Origin: an uncultured delta proteobacterium
GTDB taxonomy: Bacteria > Myxococcota > Myxococcia > Myxococcales > Anaeromyxobacteraceae
Length of the DNA: 64,000 nucleotides
Reading direction: 5' to 3'
NCBI GenBank assembly: GCA_963766715.1
Contig: CAVYBH010000007.1
Span: 32,001 to 96,000, forward strand
The notes beneath the pieces are model-generated. The model saw nothing but the letters and a program-made list of their open reading frames with translations. It did not search any database and had not been told where the DNA came from. This document shows, piece by piece, positions 33,921 to 44,593 of the stretch. How positions within the stretch are numbered: position 1 is the stretch's first letter; each line of letters begins with the position of its first letter. The position numbers and the translations under genes are program-made.

Positions 33921-35369
33921 TTGCATCTCGTTCCGCTCGCATTCGCCACGTCCGACCTCATCGGCGCGGCCATCCTCGTCGCGCTCCTCGTCCTCTTCGT
34001 CGCGGCCGGGCTGCGCATGTTCCGCCGTCGCGGCGGTGCGCCCACGGAGCCGCCGGTGGCGCAGGCGGAGATCGAGCGGGAGCTGGAGCGGGATGCCGGC
34101 GTCGAGCCGGCCGTGCCCCCCGCCGCGAGCACCCTCCCCGAGCCGGCGCCCCGCGCCCGGCCCGCCCCCCCGGCGCCCGCGCCGGAGCCGGTCCCGGTCC
34201 CGGCCCACACGGCCGAGGAGGCCCGGCGCGCCGGGGTCGAGGCGGAGGCCGCCGAGGCCGCGGAAGCCCGCAAGAAGGAGGAGTACCGCCAGAAGAAGGA
34301 GGCGGAGCGGCTCGAGAAGGAACGGCGCCGGCTGGAGCGGGAGGAGGCCGACCGGCTGGCCCGCGAGGAGGAGCAGCGCAAGGCCCGCGAGGCAGAGGAG
34401 GCGCGCCTCCGGGAGGAGGAGGAGAAGCGGCGCCGCGCCGAGGCGGAGGCCGGCCGCACCCTCGCCGCCGGGCTCGAGAAGACCCGCGGCGGCTTCATGG
34501 CCCGGCTTCAGGGGCTCTTCGGTGGCCCGCGCCAGGTCGACGAGTCCACCCTGGCCGAGCTGGAGGAGATCCTCTTCACCGCCGACATCGGCGTGAAGAC
34601 CGCCACCGCGCTCCTGGGCAGCGCCCGGGAGCGCATGAAGCGGCGCGAGCTGGACGATCCGTCGAAGCTGAAGGCCGCCCTGCGCGAGGAGATCGCCCGC
34701 ATCGTCGCGCTGGGGGACGTCTCCGGCGCGCCCCGGGGGATCGCCGTGGGCGCGGCGCGCCCGTGGGTGATCATGGTGGTGGGGGTGAACGGCTCGGGCA
34801 AGACCACGACGGTGGGCAAGCTGGCCTCGCGGCTCCGGCAGTCCGGGCTCACGGTGCTGCTCGGCGCCGGCGACACCTTCCGGGCGGCGGCGGGCGAGCA
34901 GCTCGAGATCTGGGCCGAGCGGGTGGGCGCGCCCATCGTGCGCGGCAAGGACGGCGCCGACCCCGCCAGCGTGTGCTTCGAGGCCGTGAAGCGCGGCGTC
35001 GACGAGAAGGTCGACGTGGTGCTGCTCGACACCGCCGGCAGGCTCCACACCAAGGTCCCCCTCATGGACGAGCTGAAGAAGGTGAAGCGGGTCGTGGACA
35101 AGGCCTCGCCGGGAGCGCCGCACGACGTGCTGCTCGTCCTCGACGCCACCAACGGGCAGAACGCCATCGTCCAGGCGCGCCAGTTCCACGAGGCGCTGGG
35201 GGTGACCGGCATCGCGCTCACCAAGCTCGACGGGACCGCCAAGGGCGGCGTGATCATCGGGATCTCCGACGAGCTTCGCATCCCGGTGCGCTACGTCGGC
35301 GTGGGCGAGAAGGTCGCCGACCTGCGCCCCTTCGAGCCGGCCGAGTTCGTGGATGCACTCTTCGAGTGA
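33921..35369 (+). CDS. ftsY: SRP receptor FtsY with N-terminal TM anchor and charged helical region (TTG start inferred)
   Basis: [32 protein letters not shown]. Confidence 0.94.
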   Translation: MHLVPLAFATSDLIGAAILVALLVLFVAAGLRMFRRRGGAPTEPPVAQAEIERELERDAGVEPAVPPAASTLPEPAPRARPAPPAPAPEPVPVPAHTAEEARRAGVEAEAAEAAEARKKEEYRQKKEAERLEKERRRLEREEADRLAREEEQRKAREAEEARLREEEEKRRRAEAEAGRTLAAGLEKTRGGFMARLQGLFGGPRQVDESTLAELEEILFTADIGVKTATALLGSARERMKRRELDDPSKLKAALREEIARIVALGDVSGAPRGIAVGAARPWVIMVVGVNGSGKTTTVGKLASRLRQSGLTVLLGAGDTFRAAAGEQLEIWAERVGAPIVRGKDGADPASVCFEAVKRGVDEKVDVVLLDTAGRLHTKVPLMDELKKVKRVVDKASPGAPHDVLLVLDATNGQNAIVQARQFHEALGVTGIALTKLDGTAKGGVIIGISDELRIPVRYVGVGEKVADLRPFEPAEFVDALFE

Positions 35370-36099
35370 GCCCCGGCGCCGCGTGCTCCTCTTCGACGTG
35401 GACGGCACCCTCGTCCACGCCGCGGGAGCCGGCCGCCGGTCGCTGGCCCGGGTGCTGGAGGGGGAGTTCGGGCGGGTGGAGCACGCGCTCGCCGGCCTCC
35501 GCCTCGACGGCATGACCGACCGCCTCATCGTCCGGGAGGTGCTCACCGGCCTCGGCCGCCCGTTCGACGACGCGCTCTGCGACCGCATCCTCGACGGCTA
35601 CGTGGCGGCGCTCCGCGAGGAGATCGAGGGGCCGGGGTTCCGCGTCCTGCCAGGCGTCGCCGACGCGCTCGCCGCGCTGGCCGGGGCCGGCGCGACGCTC
35701 GGCCTCTGCACCGGGAACGTCGAGGAGGGAGCCCGGCTCAAGCTGGCCCGGGGCGCCATCGACGGCTTCTTCGAATGGGGACCCGAGGCCATCGCCGGCT
35801 TCGCCCACGACGGCGAGGAGCGCGAGCGCCTGGTGCGCGCGGCCCTCGACCGGGGCACGAGCCGGCTGGGCGCCACCCTGCTCCCGGCCGACGCGCTGGT
35901 CGTGGGGGACACCCCGCGCGACGTCTCGGCGGCGCACGCCAACGGGGTCCCGGTGGTCGCGGTCGCGACCGGGCGCTACGGACGCGAGGAACTGCGCGCG
36001 GCCGGCGCCGACGGGGTGCTCGACAGCCTGGAGGGGTCCGCGGCGGGCCTCCTCGCCTGGATCGAGGGCGGCCCGCCCCCCGGAGAGGTGGAAGCGTGA
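35353..36099 (+). CDS. HAD-family hydrolase (start uncertain)
   Basis: FDVDGTL, TGN, VGDTPRD motifs. Confidence 0.88.
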   Translation: MHSSSEPRRRVLLFDVDGTLVHAAGAGRRSLARVLEGEFGRVEHALAGLRLDGMTDRLIVREVLTGLGRPFDDALCDRILDGYVAALREEIEGPGFRVLPGVADALAALAGAGATLGLCTGNVEEGARLKLARGAIDGFFEWGPEAIAGFAHDGEERERLVRAALDRGTSRLGATLLPADALVVGDTPRDVSAAHANGVPVVAVATGRYGREELRAAGADGVLDSLEGSAAGLLAWIEGGPPPGEVEA

Positions 36100-36578
36100 C
36101 CTTCCGCACCCCCCGCCTCGACGCCCGTCCCGCGGGCCTGGACGACCTGGAGGCCCTCCAGGCGGTCCTGGAGGCGGCCCCCGGGTATCACCGGCTCGTC
36201 GAGGGCGCTCCGGCCGGCCCGACCGCGGCGTCGGACCTGATCGCCGACGCCGACGCCGATCCGGAGCGGCGCCTCCTGCTCCTCTGGACGCAGGCGGGCG
36301 CGCTGGCGGCGGGCGTGGTCGACCTCCAGCTCCACTGGCCCGAGCCGGGCGCGGCGCACGTCCGGCTGCTCCTGCTGCGCGAGTCGCTCCACGGCCGCGG
36401 GCTGGGGCGCGAGGCCGCCGCCGGCCTCGAGGATGCGCTGCGGCGGGAGGGGTTCGGCGCCCTTCGCCTCTCGGTGACGGGCGAGAACGGCGGCGCGCGG
36501 GCGTTCTGGGAGCGCGTCGGGTTCGCCCCGGTGGAGCGGCGACGCGCCGGCGACACCCTGCACGAGAAGCTGCTCTAG
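36096..36578 (+). CDS. GNAT family N-acetyltransferase
   Basis: HGRGLG acetyl-CoA motif; N..ARAFWERVGF. Confidence 0.85.
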   Translation: MTFRTPRLDARPAGLDDLEALQAVLEAAPGYHRLVEGAPAGPTAASDLIADADADPERRLLLLWTQAGALAAGVVDLQLHWPEPGAAHVRLLLLRESLHGRGLGREAAAGLEDALRREGFGALRLSVTGENGGARAFWERVGFAPVERRRAGDTLHEKLL

Positions 36579-36581
36579 CGA

Positions 36582-38090
36582 CTACTCCGCGTCGGCGACC
36601 TGCTGCGGCGCCGGGACGAACCGCGACCAGAAGTCGCGCAGCCCCTCGATGGCGCTCATCAGCCCCACGTAGGCGAAGCCGGCCTGGAAGAGGATCAGGA
36701 AGGGCAGCGAGTACCAGACGCCCCGGTCGATGACCCAGACCACCGCGAGCGTGAAGTAGGCCGCCAGCGCGAGCTCGAGCAGCGGCTGGAGGCTCACCGC
36801 CACCCGGTACCGCTTCCTCGGCGCCGGCGACGACCCGGCTCCCTGGACGCCGCTCTTCGGGGTGCGGGTGAAGACGGTCTGGTGGCCGAGCAGGGCCTCG
36901 ACCACGGCGCGGGCCTGGTTCACCGACATGCCGATTCCGAGGGCCATGAGGTAGGGCAGGTACTTCACCCGCTGCCAGGTGGTGGCCTGGATCTCCCGCT
37001 GGCTCGCCACGTAGAACACGAGGACGCTCATCGTGGCGGTGGCGAAGAACGGCAGGTCGAGGAGCAGCACCTCGATCCAGCCGTGGCTCACCCGGACGAC
37101 GACCGTGATCGGCATGAGCACGGCGAGCGGGATCATCAGGAGATAGGCGACGTTGGCGGTGAGGTGGAAGAAGGCCTCCTTCTTCACCGCGTAGGGCAGG
37201 TCGCTCTCGAAGATCCGGGGGAGCAGCTTCATCGCCGTCTGGATCGAGCCCTTGGCCCACCGGTGCTGCTGGCTCTTGAAGGCGCTCATCTCCACCGGGA
37301 TCTCGGCCGGCGCCACCACCTCGGGCAGGAAGACGAACTTCCACCCCTTCAGCTGGGCCCGGTACGAGAGGTCGAGATCCTCGGTGAGCGTGTCGTGCTG
37401 CCAGCCGCCGGCGGCGGCGATGGTGGTGCGGCGCCAGATGCCCGCGGTGCCGTTGAAGTTGAAGAAGCGGCCCGACCGGTTGCGGGCGGTGTGCTCGATG
37501 ACGAAGTGGCCGTCGAGCAGGATGCTCTGCACCTCGGTGAGGGAGCTGAAGCCGCGGTTCAGGTGCTCCCAGCGGACCTGCACCATGCCCACGCCGTCGT
37601 CGGTGAAGTAGTTCACCGTGCGGCGGAGGAACTCCTTGGGAGGCACGAAATCGGCGTCGAAGACCGCGACGAACTCGCCGGTGGCGGTCTTGAGGCCATT
37701 CTCCAGCGCGCCGGCCTTGAACCCCTGCCGGTTGGTGCGGTGGATGTAGTGGATGTCGATTCCCTGCTCGCGCCAGCGCTCCACCGCGCGCCGGGCGATG
37801 AGGGTGGTCTCGTCGATCGAGTCGTCGAGGACCTGGATCTCGAGCAGGTCCCGCGGGTAGTCGAGCTCGCACACCGACGCGATCAGCCGCTCCACGACGT
37901 ACATCTCGTTGAAGACCGGGAGCTGCACGGTGACGCGGGGCAGCTGCTCGAAGTGCCGCTGCGGCACCGGCACGTTGTACTTGTGCCGGTAGTACAGGTA
38001 CGCCATGAAGTACCGGTGCGACCCGTACACGGAGAGCACGAGCAGGACCAGCCCGTAGGCGACGACGACCGCGATCTCGAGAGGACTCAT
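36582..38090 (-). CDS. Processive GT2 glycosyltransferase (cellulose-synthase-like)
   Basis: QVLDDS, FDADF, TEDLD, QQHRW (D,D,D,QxxRW); N- and C-terminal TM helices. Confidence 0.92.
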   Translation of the reverse strand: MSPLEIAVVVAYGLVLLVLSVYGSHRYFMAYLYYRHKYNVPVPQRHFEQLPRVTVQLPVFNEMYVVERLIASVCELDYPRDLLEIQVLDDSIDETTLIARRAVERWREQGIDIHYIHRTNRQGFKAGALENGLKTATGEFVAVFDADFVPPKEFLRRTVNYFTDDGVGMVQVRWEHLNRGFSSLTEVQSILLDGHFVIEHTARNRSGRFFNFNGTAGIWRRTTIAAAGGWQHDTLTEDLDLSYRAQLKGWKFVFLPEVVAPAEIPVEMSAFKSQQHRWAKGSIQTAMKLLPRIFESDLPYAVKKEAFFHLTANVAYLLMIPLAVLMPITVVVRVSHGWIEVLLLDLPFFATATMSVLVFYVASQREIQATTWQRVKYLPYLMALGIGMSVNQARAVVEALLGHQTVFTRTPKSGVQGAGSSPAPRKRYRVAVSLQPLLELALAAYFTLAVVWVIDRGVWYSLPFLILFQAGFAYVGLMSAIEGLRDFWSRFVPAPQQVADAE

Positions 38091-38186
38091 CGTTTTTCGG
38101 AGTAGGGAGCGCCGAGGGAGACGGCTGAGGCACGCCAAGAGGGAGGAAGGCGGACTCACCGCTCCCCTGGGCCCAAGACGGCGCGA

Positions 38187-38214
38187 AGTTTAACTTACTG
38201 CGTCACGAAGTCAA
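38187..38214 (-). promoter_or_regulatory. Putative sigma70 promoter of the GT2 gene
   Basis: TTGACT-16 bp-TAAACT; the -10 overlaps the inverted repeat AAGTT-T-AACTT. Confidence 0.5.
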
Positions 38215-38231
38215 TCCGAAAGGTCCTCGCC

Positions 38232-39518
38232 TCACGGATTTGCGGCGGGAGCGCTCGACCGGAACACGCGGGCCGCCCGAAGCAGGTCGACGGCCCTGTC
38301 GAGCTGGGGATCGGGGCGCGGAGATGCCTGCCCCGATTGGGGGGTGACCGGCTGCTCGTTCACGAGGTGCCGCTTGAGATCCCTCTCGCCGGGCCCGTCC
38401 GCCTCGGCCATCGCGGGCGCGGGGGCCTCCCCCACCGCGACGTCCGGCGTGATCCCCCGCTCCTGGATCGAGCGGTGGTTCGGCGTGTAGTACTTCGCCA
38501 CGGTGAGCTTGAGGGCCGACCCGTCCTCGAGCTCCACCACCGTCTGCACCGATCCCTTGCCGAACGTCTGCGACCCGACGATCACGGCCCTCCCGTGGTC
38601 CTGGAGCGCCCCGGCCACGATCTCGCTGGCGCTGGCGCTGCCCCGGTTGACGAGCAGGACGATGGGGTAGGCCGGCTCGGTGTCCTTCTCGTGGGCCTCC
38701 TCCACCTCCGGCTTCTTGCCGCGGCTCTCCGTGCTCACGATCACCCCCTTCGACAGGAACCGGTCGGCGATCTTCACGGCCTGATCGAGGAGCCCACCCG
38801 GGTTGTTGCGCAGGTCGAGCACGAGCCCCTGGATCGGGCCGCCGAGCTGCTTCCTGGCGTCGTCGAGCGCCTGGCGGAGCTCCCGGTCGGAGCGGTCCTG
38901 GAAGACCCGGATCCGCACGTAGACCGTGCCGGCCGCCTTGTCGAGGACGCGCCAGTCGACGCTGGTGGTCCGGACGTGATCCCGCACGAGGGTGAACGAC
39001 CTCGGCTCGCGCAGGGACGGCCTCGTCACCGTCACGACCACCTGGGTCCCGGCCGCACCCTTCATCCGGCGGGTGGCCTCTCCGACGGGGATGTCCTTCG
39101 TGGCCGTCCCGTCGATGGCCACGATCCGGTCGCCGGCCAGGATCCCGGCCCGCTCCGCCGGGGAGTCGGCGATCGGCGCGACCACGATCAGGTCGTCGCC
39201 GTTCTGGGTCACCTCGAGGCCGACTCCGTCGAACTCGCCCGCGGTCTCGTCCCGCATGGCCCGGTACACCTCGGGGCGCAGGATCATGGAGTGGGGATCG
39301 AGCCGCTGGACCATCCCCTCGACGGCGGACTGGACGAGCTCCTTCTCGCTCAGATCCTCGACGTAGCTGTTCCGGATGTAGGCCAGCACCTCCGCGAACA
39401 CGTCGAGCGAGCGGTACGGCTGGCTGGTGTCCTGGCGGGGCGAGGCCGACGCGGGGCCGGCGCACAGGAGGGCGAGGAGGAGGACGGGCAGGGCGCCGGG
39501 AAGGGAGCTTCGGTGCAT
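38232..39518 (-). CDS. ctpA: C-terminal processing protease, S41 family
   Basis: Signal peptide, LDPHS, PDZ, DLRNNPGG, SASASEI, FGKGSVQ. Confidence 0.92.
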   Translation of the reverse strand: MHRSSLPGALPVLLLALLCAGPASASPRQDTSQPYRSLDVFAEVLAYIRNSYVEDLSEKELVQSAVEGMVQRLDPHSMILRPEVYRAMRDETAGEFDGVGLEVTQNGDDLIVVAPIADSPAERAGILAGDRIVAIDGTATKDIPVGEATRRMKGAAGTQVVVTVTRPSLREPRSFTLVRDHVRTTSVDWRVLDKAAGTVYVRIRVFQDRSDRELRQALDDARKQLGGPIQGLVLDLRNNPGGLLDQAVKIADRFLSKGVIVSTESRGKKPEVEEAHEKDTEPAYPIVLLVNRGSASASEIVAGALQDHGRAVIVGSQTFGKGSVQTVVELEDGSALKLTVAKYYTPNHRSIQERGITPDVAVGEAPAPAMAEADGPGERDLKRHLVNEQPVTPQSGQASPRPDPQLDRAVDLLRAARVFRSSAPAANP

Positions 39519-39567
39519 GGAGCCATCATAGCGGCACCGTCCGCGCCGGGCCCGGAGCGGCCCGCGG

Positions 39568-40671
39568 TCACGGGACCAGCCAGGCCCTGGGGTCGGTCGG
39601 CTTCCCGTTCTCGCGGATCTCGAAGTACAGGTAGGAGCCCTTCAGCGAGCCGGTGTCTCCCACGGTCCCGAGGGGCGCGCCGGCATCCACCTCCTCGCCC
39701 GCCGCCGCGGTCATGGTCGCGAGGTGGGCCACGAGCGTGTGGAACCCCTCCCCGTGGTCCACGATGATCAGGTTTCCGTACCCCTTGAACCAGCCCGCGT
39801 GCACCACCCGGCCCGGCGCCACCGCCAGGACCTCCTCGCCTCGCTGGGCGGTGATGTCGACGCCCTTCTGCACCGTCACGGTCCGGAACTTCGGGTCCAC
39901 GACCCGGCCGAACCCGACCTCGATGCGGCTGCCGGCGGGCCGGGGCAGGCGACCCCGCAGCGAGCCGAAGCCCGTGTACGGCGCCGAGCCGGAGCGGGGA
40001 GGCGGCAACGCCTCGATGAACTCGGCCAGCTTGCGGCTCTGCGCCTCCGCCTCCGACGCCGCCCGCTCGTGGACCTGGCGCTCCCCGCGGACCGCGGACA
40101 GCGTGGCCCGGAACTGGTCGCGGCGGGCGCTGGCCTCGGCCCGGCGCTCCCGGGCCTCCGCGGCGAGCGCCTCCTGGCGCGCCGTCTCGCCTCGCCGGAC
40201 CGCGGTCAGCCGCTCCTGCTCCGCGAGCACGTCCCGGGCCTCGCGCAGGTTCGCCGCGTCGGACTCCAGGACCTTTCCCAGCAGGGCTCGCCGCTTCACC
40301 AGATCCGCCAGCGTGGGCGCGGACGCGAGCAGGCGAAGCTCTCCCACCTTGCCCGAGAGCTGGAGCGCGGCCAGCCGGGGGCGCAGGCGGGCCAGGATCT
40401 CCCGGTGCCGGGCCTCGGCGGCCGCCTCCTCCTGGAGTGCGCGGTCGAGGCGCTCGGCCGAGCGGCTCCGCTCCCCGTCGGCGGCCCGGGCCTGTGCCTC
40501 CGCGTCCCGCCAGGCCCGCTCCGCCGACTCCAGCGTGTCGAGCACCGACTGCTCGCGGTTCGCGAGCTCGCGCGCCGCCTCCCGCTCGGCGGCCCTCCGC
40601 GCCTCCAGCACTTCCAGCCTCGCCCGGGGATCGGCGGCGAGCAGGAGCGCGAGCAGCGCCGCCGCAGTCAC
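39568..40671 (-). CDS. envC: Murein hydrolase activator EnvC family (coiled coil plus degenerate M23)
   Basis: KGVDI, GYGNLIIVDHG, LYFEIR; directly after ftsX. Confidence 0.87.
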   Translation of the reverse strand: MTAAALLALLLAADPRARLEVLEARRAAEREAARELANREQSVLDTLESAERAWRDAEAQARAADGERSRSAERLDRALQEEAAAEARHREILARLRPRLAALQLSGKVGELRLLASAPTLADLVKRRALLGKVLESDAANLREARDVLAEQERLTAVRRGETARQEALAAEARERRAEASARRDQFRATLSAVRGERQVHERAASEAEAQSRKLAEFIEALPPPRSGSAPYTGFGSLRGRLPRPAGSRIEVGFGRVVDPKFRTVTVQKGVDITAQRGEEVLAVAPGRVVHAGWFKGYGNLIIVDHGEGFHTLVAHLATMTAAAGEEVDAGAPLGTVGDTGSLKGSYLYFEIRENGKPTDPRAWLVP

Positions 40672-41555
40672 CCGGCGGTCCTCCCGAGGAAGCGGCGCAG
40701 GGAGAGCGCGCTCGCCAGCAGGCCGAGCGCCGTGCCGCCGAGGAGCAGGGCGCCGAGCAGGGAGCCGGGCAGCAGGTCGGCGCGGGTGACCTTCGCGGCG
40801 ATGGGGAGCGCCTCGCGCAGCCGCGGGAGCAGCGCCCAGGCCGCGCCCGCCAGCGCCCCCACCGCCAGGCCGGCGCCGGCGAACCCCTGCAGCACCCCCT
40901 CGAGGAGGATGGGCGCCCCGACGTATCCGTCGGTCGCGCCGACCAGCTTCATGATCTCGATCTCGTCGCGGCGCGCATACACCGCGAGGCGCAGCGTGTT
41001 CGACACGAGGATCGCCGTGGCCAGCACGAGCAGCGCGAGCAGCGCGAGCCCGATCACCCTCCCCTGCGCGAGCAATCCCTCCAGCCGGGCGAGCCACGCC
41101 GCCCCGTCGTCCACCTCGGCCGCGCCCGGGACGTCGCGGAGCCTGGCGCCGAGCGCCCGGGCCCCGGAGGGCGAGAGCCCCTTCACGTGGACCTCCACCG
41201 ACGCGGGCAGCACGTCGTCCCCCAGCCCGTCGAGGACGCGCCCCTGGTCGCCGAGCGAGGCCCTCAGCCGCCGCATCGCCTCCGCCGACGTCACGAGCTC
41301 GATCCAGGAACCGGGAGCGAGCCGCTCCGCGGCCGCGCGGGCCGCCGCCGGATCGGCGCCGGGGGCCAGGTAGACCGACACCGGGACCTCGCCGGCCCAT
41401 GCGGCGAGGAGGCGCTCGCCCGCCCCCATCGTGGCCGCGAAGGCGCCCGTGAGGAGGACCGCGACGAAGAGGGTTCCCACCGCCACGGCGGTGACGAACG
41501 GGGCGCGGAGGAGCGCGTCGAGGGCGCGGCGCAGCGTGTGGAGGAGGGCGTGCAT
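40668..41555 (-). CDS. ftsX: Cell division permease FtsX
   Basis: NTLRLAVYARRDEIEIMKLVGAT. Confidence 0.93.
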   Translation of the reverse strand: MHALLHTLRRALDALLRAPFVTAVAVGTLFVAVLLTGAFAATMGAGERLLAAWAGEVPVSVYLAPGADPAAARAAAERLAPGSWIELVTSAEAMRRLRASLGDQGRVLDGLGDDVLPASVEVHVKGLSPSGARALGARLRDVPGAAEVDDGAAWLARLEGLLAQGRVIGLALLALLVLATAILVSNTLRLAVYARRDEIEIMKLVGATDGYVGAPILLEGVLQGFAGAGLAVGALAGAAWALLPRLREALPIAAKVTRADLLPGSLLGALLLGGTALGLLASALSLRRFLGRTAG

Positions 41556-41557
41556 GG

Positions 41558-42241
41558 CTAGCTGGCGGAGCGGCGGACCTGCGCGCCGTCGGAGACGAGC
41601 CGCCCGCCCTCGAGGGCCACGATCCGCTTCTTGTGCCGGGCGAGCAGCGCCTGATCGTGGGTGGCCACGACCACCGTCGTCCCGCGGGCGTTGGCCCCCT
41701 CGAGGAGCTGCATCACCTCCGCGGTCCGCTCGGCGTCGAGGTTGCCGGTGGGCTCGTCGGCGAGGAGGAGCGCGGGATCGCCCACCAGCGCCCGGGCCAC
41801 GGCGGCCCGCTGCTGCTCCCCGCCCGAGAGGGACAGGGGGAAGCGATTGGCCCGGTGCTCGAGCCCGACGCCGCGAAGGGCCAGCGTCACGCGCCGCTCC
41901 ACCTCGCGCGGCCGCACCCCGCGCACCTCCAGCGGGAAGGCCACGTTCTCGGCCAGCGTGCGCCGCTCGAGCAGCTTGAAGTCCTGGAAGATGACGCCGA
42001 TGCTCCGCCGGATGTAGGGGACCGACGAGGCGCGGACCCGCGCGACGTTGCGCCCGAAGACCAGGATCTGCCCGCTGGTCGGCGGCTCGGCGCAGAAGAC
42101 CAGCTTGAGCAGCGTGGACTTGCCGGCGCCCGAGGGACCGGTGAGGAAGACGAACTCCCCCTTCCCGATCTCCAGGCTCACGTCGACGAGCGCCGGGGCC
42201 TCGGCGCCGTACTGCTTCTGGACGTGGAACAGCTGGATCAC
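41558..42241 (-). CDS. ftsE: Cell division ATP-binding protein FtsE
   Basis: GPSGAGKST, IFQDFKLL, LSGGEQQR, ADEPTGNLD. Confidence 0.95.
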   Translation of the reverse strand: MIQLFHVQKQYGAEAPALVDVSLEIGKGEFVFLTGPSGAGKSTLLKLVFCAEPPTSGQILVFGRNVARVRASSVPYIRRSIGVIFQDFKLLERRTLAENVAFPLEVRGVRPREVERRVTLALRGVGLEHRANRFPLSLSGGEQQRAAVARALVGDPALLLADEPTGNLDAERTAEVMQLLEGANARGTTVVVATHDQALLARHKKRIVALEGGRLVSDGAQVRRSAS

Positions 42242-42257
42242 CGGGCTCCCATCCCCC

Positions 42258-42743
42258 TCAGCGCTTCCGGCCGCCCTCTTCGCCGGCCAGGTAGGCGAGG
42301 ATCACCTCGTCGAGCGACCGCTCGGAGATCAGGTCCTCGCCGAAGATCGTGTCGGCCGAATCGGCCGGGACCTCGACGGCGGGGGGCGGAGATGGCCGCG
42401 CCGGGGAGGCCGGAGCCGCCGCGGCGGCCGGGGACGTGCCGAAGGCCCGCACCGGACCGGCCGGGGGCGCGGCCTGGTCGTACACCCCGTGAACCAGGTT
42501 GCGCAGGACCTCCTTGTGCTGCTCCTCCATGAGCGCCCGGACCACGTCGGGCAGGTTCTCGGCGCCCGTGATGTCGGCGTAGCTGGTCCGCTTGCTGGCG
42601 ATGATGTTGCCGCCGAGGAAGAGGTGCGTGACCACCTGCGGGCGGTCCGAGCCCGAGTCCTCGGTCTGGGCGTGGTAGGTCTTGCCGCGGTACTTGATGT
42701 TGTGGTTGAAGCCGACCACCATCGTCTTCGGCCCCGGCGGCAT
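42258..42743 (-). CDS. romY: RomY-like myxobacterial polarity protein (MglB GAP cofactor)
   Basis: GFNHNIKY...HAQTEDSG...THLF.GGNII N-domain, Pro/Ala linker, C-terminal FGEDLISERSLDEVILAYL; adjacent to ftsE as in M. xanthus (from recollection). Confidence 0.7.
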   Translation of the reverse strand: MPPGPKTMVVGFNHNIKYRGKTYHAQTEDSGSDRPQVVTHLFLGGNIIASKRTSYADITGAENLPDVVRALMEEQHKEVLRNLVHGVYDQAAPPAGPVRAFGTSPAAAAAPASPARPSPPPAVEVPADSADTIFGEDLISERSLDEVILAYLAGEEGGRKR

Positions 42744-42787
42744 CCGGCGAATGTACCACAGCGCCCCTGCCAGCCCGGGGACGGCGA

Positions 42788-43570
42788 TCAGACGTCGACG
42801 TGCCGCGCCGACGCCACCGGCCGGCCCAGGAAGCGCGGCGCCACGGCGAGGAACCGGTCGGGCGTGTCGGTCACGAAGAAGGCGTGGGACGCCGTCCCGG
42901 TCCGCACCGCGGCGGGGAAGCGCCCGGCCACCTCGGCGGCCACGGCGGCCGCGCTGTCGACGAGGGTCACCCCCGGCAGCTCGGCGGCGATGGCGGCGGC
43001 GAGCAGCGGGTAGTGGGTGCACCCCAGGACCACGGTGTCCACGCCCGCCTCACGGACCGGCGCGAGGTAGCGCCTCGCCACGAGCCGGACCACCTCGTCG
43101 TCGGCGGAGGTCCACCCCTCCTCGGCGAGCGGCACGAAGAGGGGGCACGCCCGGGCGGTCACCACCACGCCGGGGATCAGCTCGGCGAGCGACCGCTGGT
43201 AGGCTCCGCTGGCCACGGTGCTCTGGGTCCCGAGGACGCCGACCCGGCCGGTGCGGGTGGCGCGAGCCGCGGCCCGGGCGCCCGGCTCCACCACGCCCAG
43301 GACGGGGAGGTCGAAGGCGGCCCGGAGCGCCGGCAGCGCCACGGCGGAGGCGGTGTTGCAGGCGACGACCAGCATCTCCACGCCCTGCTCGACCAGCAGT
43401 CGGGCGTTGCGGATGGAGTACTGGGTGACGACGTCCGGCGACTTGGTGCCGTAGGGCACCCGCGCCGTGTCGCCGAGGTAGACGGTGTCGAGCCCGGGCA
43501 GCGCCTCGAGGATGGCGCGCTGGACGGTGAGACCGCCCACCCCGGAGTCGAAGATCCCGATGCGAGGCAC
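42788..43570 (-). CDS. murI: Glutamate racemase
   Basis: FDSGVGG, VACNTAS, LGCTHYP. Confidence 0.96.
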   Translation of the reverse strand: MPRIGIFDSGVGGLTVQRAILEALPGLDTVYLGDTARVPYGTKSPDVVTQYSIRNARLLVEQGVEMLVVACNTASAVALPALRAAFDLPVLGVVEPGARAAARATRTGRVGVLGTQSTVASGAYQRSLAELIPGVVVTARACPLFVPLAEEGWTSADDEVVRLVARRYLAPVREAGVDTVVLGCTHYPLLAAAIAAELPGVTLVDSAAAVAAEVAGRFPAAVRTGTASHAFFVTDTPDRFLAVAPRFLGRPVASARHVDV

Positions 43571-43579
43571 CGGCGGATA

Positions 43580-44398
43580 CTACTCCAGGCCGCCGCTCAC
43601 AGGGGGGGCGGAGGATTGTTGCAGGCGCCGAGATCGAGGCTCAGCGTGAAGAGGTCCTCTCCCCCGGCGAAGTGCGGCGAACCCGTTGGGCTGCGCGTAG
43701 CCGCACCTCGACCAGTGGATGTCGGGCGGGTTCACGCGGTTGTCGATGGCGTCCATCCAGAGGAAGAGCGTGTCCCGGTCGACGAGGCCGAAGGAGATGC
43801 CCGGCGTGGCGCTCGGTCCGCACGGCACCGGGTTCCTCCAGATCAGCGTCCCCAGGCCGTCCTCGATCCATCCCTGGAACTGGTCGATCCCGGCCAGGCC
43901 GCAGGTGGGATACCCGGCGGGGCCGCTCGCCGCGTCCGCCAGGGTCGCGTAGACGGTCAGGGCGTCGGGGATCCCCGAGGCAAAGGCCGTCCCGAAGGTG
44001 GGCACGCCGGTCACGACCGACACGGTGACCTGCCCCTGGTAGAGCGGCAGCGCCCGCCCGTTTCGCCAGCCCGTCACGACGTAGGTGTTGTTTCCCGGGA
44101 AGCCGGCGAGCAGGACGCCCTGCACGGACTGGTTCACGCACGGCACGTTGGGGGCGAGGACGACGCCGTTCCGGTCGGTGACGCTCACGAAGTCCACGCC
44201 CGACTGCGGGCAGAAGCGGCTCCCCGTGCCGACGGGCCAGTTCACGTCGACGTCGTAGGGGACGAAGCCGTCCACCCCGTCGATGAAGGTGTTGCGCTCG
44301 AACTCCCAGTAGACGGTCACCTCGGTCAGCGGCTGCGAGGTGGGCGCACATCCGGCTGCGACGAGGGCGGCGATGGCGACGGCGGCGAAGCGGTGCAT
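43580..44398 (-). CDS. Hypothetical Cys-rich lipoprotein (true end possibly 43597 after a frameshift near 43677)
   Basis: Lipobox AAGC; beta-rich with spaced cysteines; host-like codon usage. Confidence 0.7.
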   Translation of the reverse strand: MHRFAAVAIAALVAAGCAPTSQPLTEVTVYWEFERNTFIDGVDGFVPYDVDVNWPVGTGSRFCPQSGVDFVSVTDRNGVVLAPNVPCVNQSVQGVLLAGFPGNNTYVVTGWRNGRALPLYQGQVTVSVVTGVPTFGTAFASGIPDALTVYATLADAASGPAGYPTCGLAGIDQFQGWIEDGLGTLIWRNPVPCGPSATPGISFGLVDRDTLFLWMDAIDNRVNPPDIHWSRCGYAQPNGFAALRRGRGPLHAEPRSRRLQQSSAPPVSGGLE

Positions 44399-44593
44399 GG
44401 AGTTCCTCCCGGAACAGAGGGACGGTGGCCCTCCGCCATTCTATTCACCCTTCCCGGGAAGGCACGGATCTGGTCGCCGCTCTCCGTCCTTTTCGGAGGG
44501 AATTCCTGGCGCTCCGCGGGGTTGCTCCTCCGTGACGCCCCCCCGGAGTCGTGCTACGTACCTCACACCTCCCCACCTCTTCCGGAGTCCGCC

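Noticed and set aside
31125..35369. 1414-aa SMC-FtsY fusion
   Set aside because: smc terminates at 33813 in another frame; a promoter-like element precedes ftsY.
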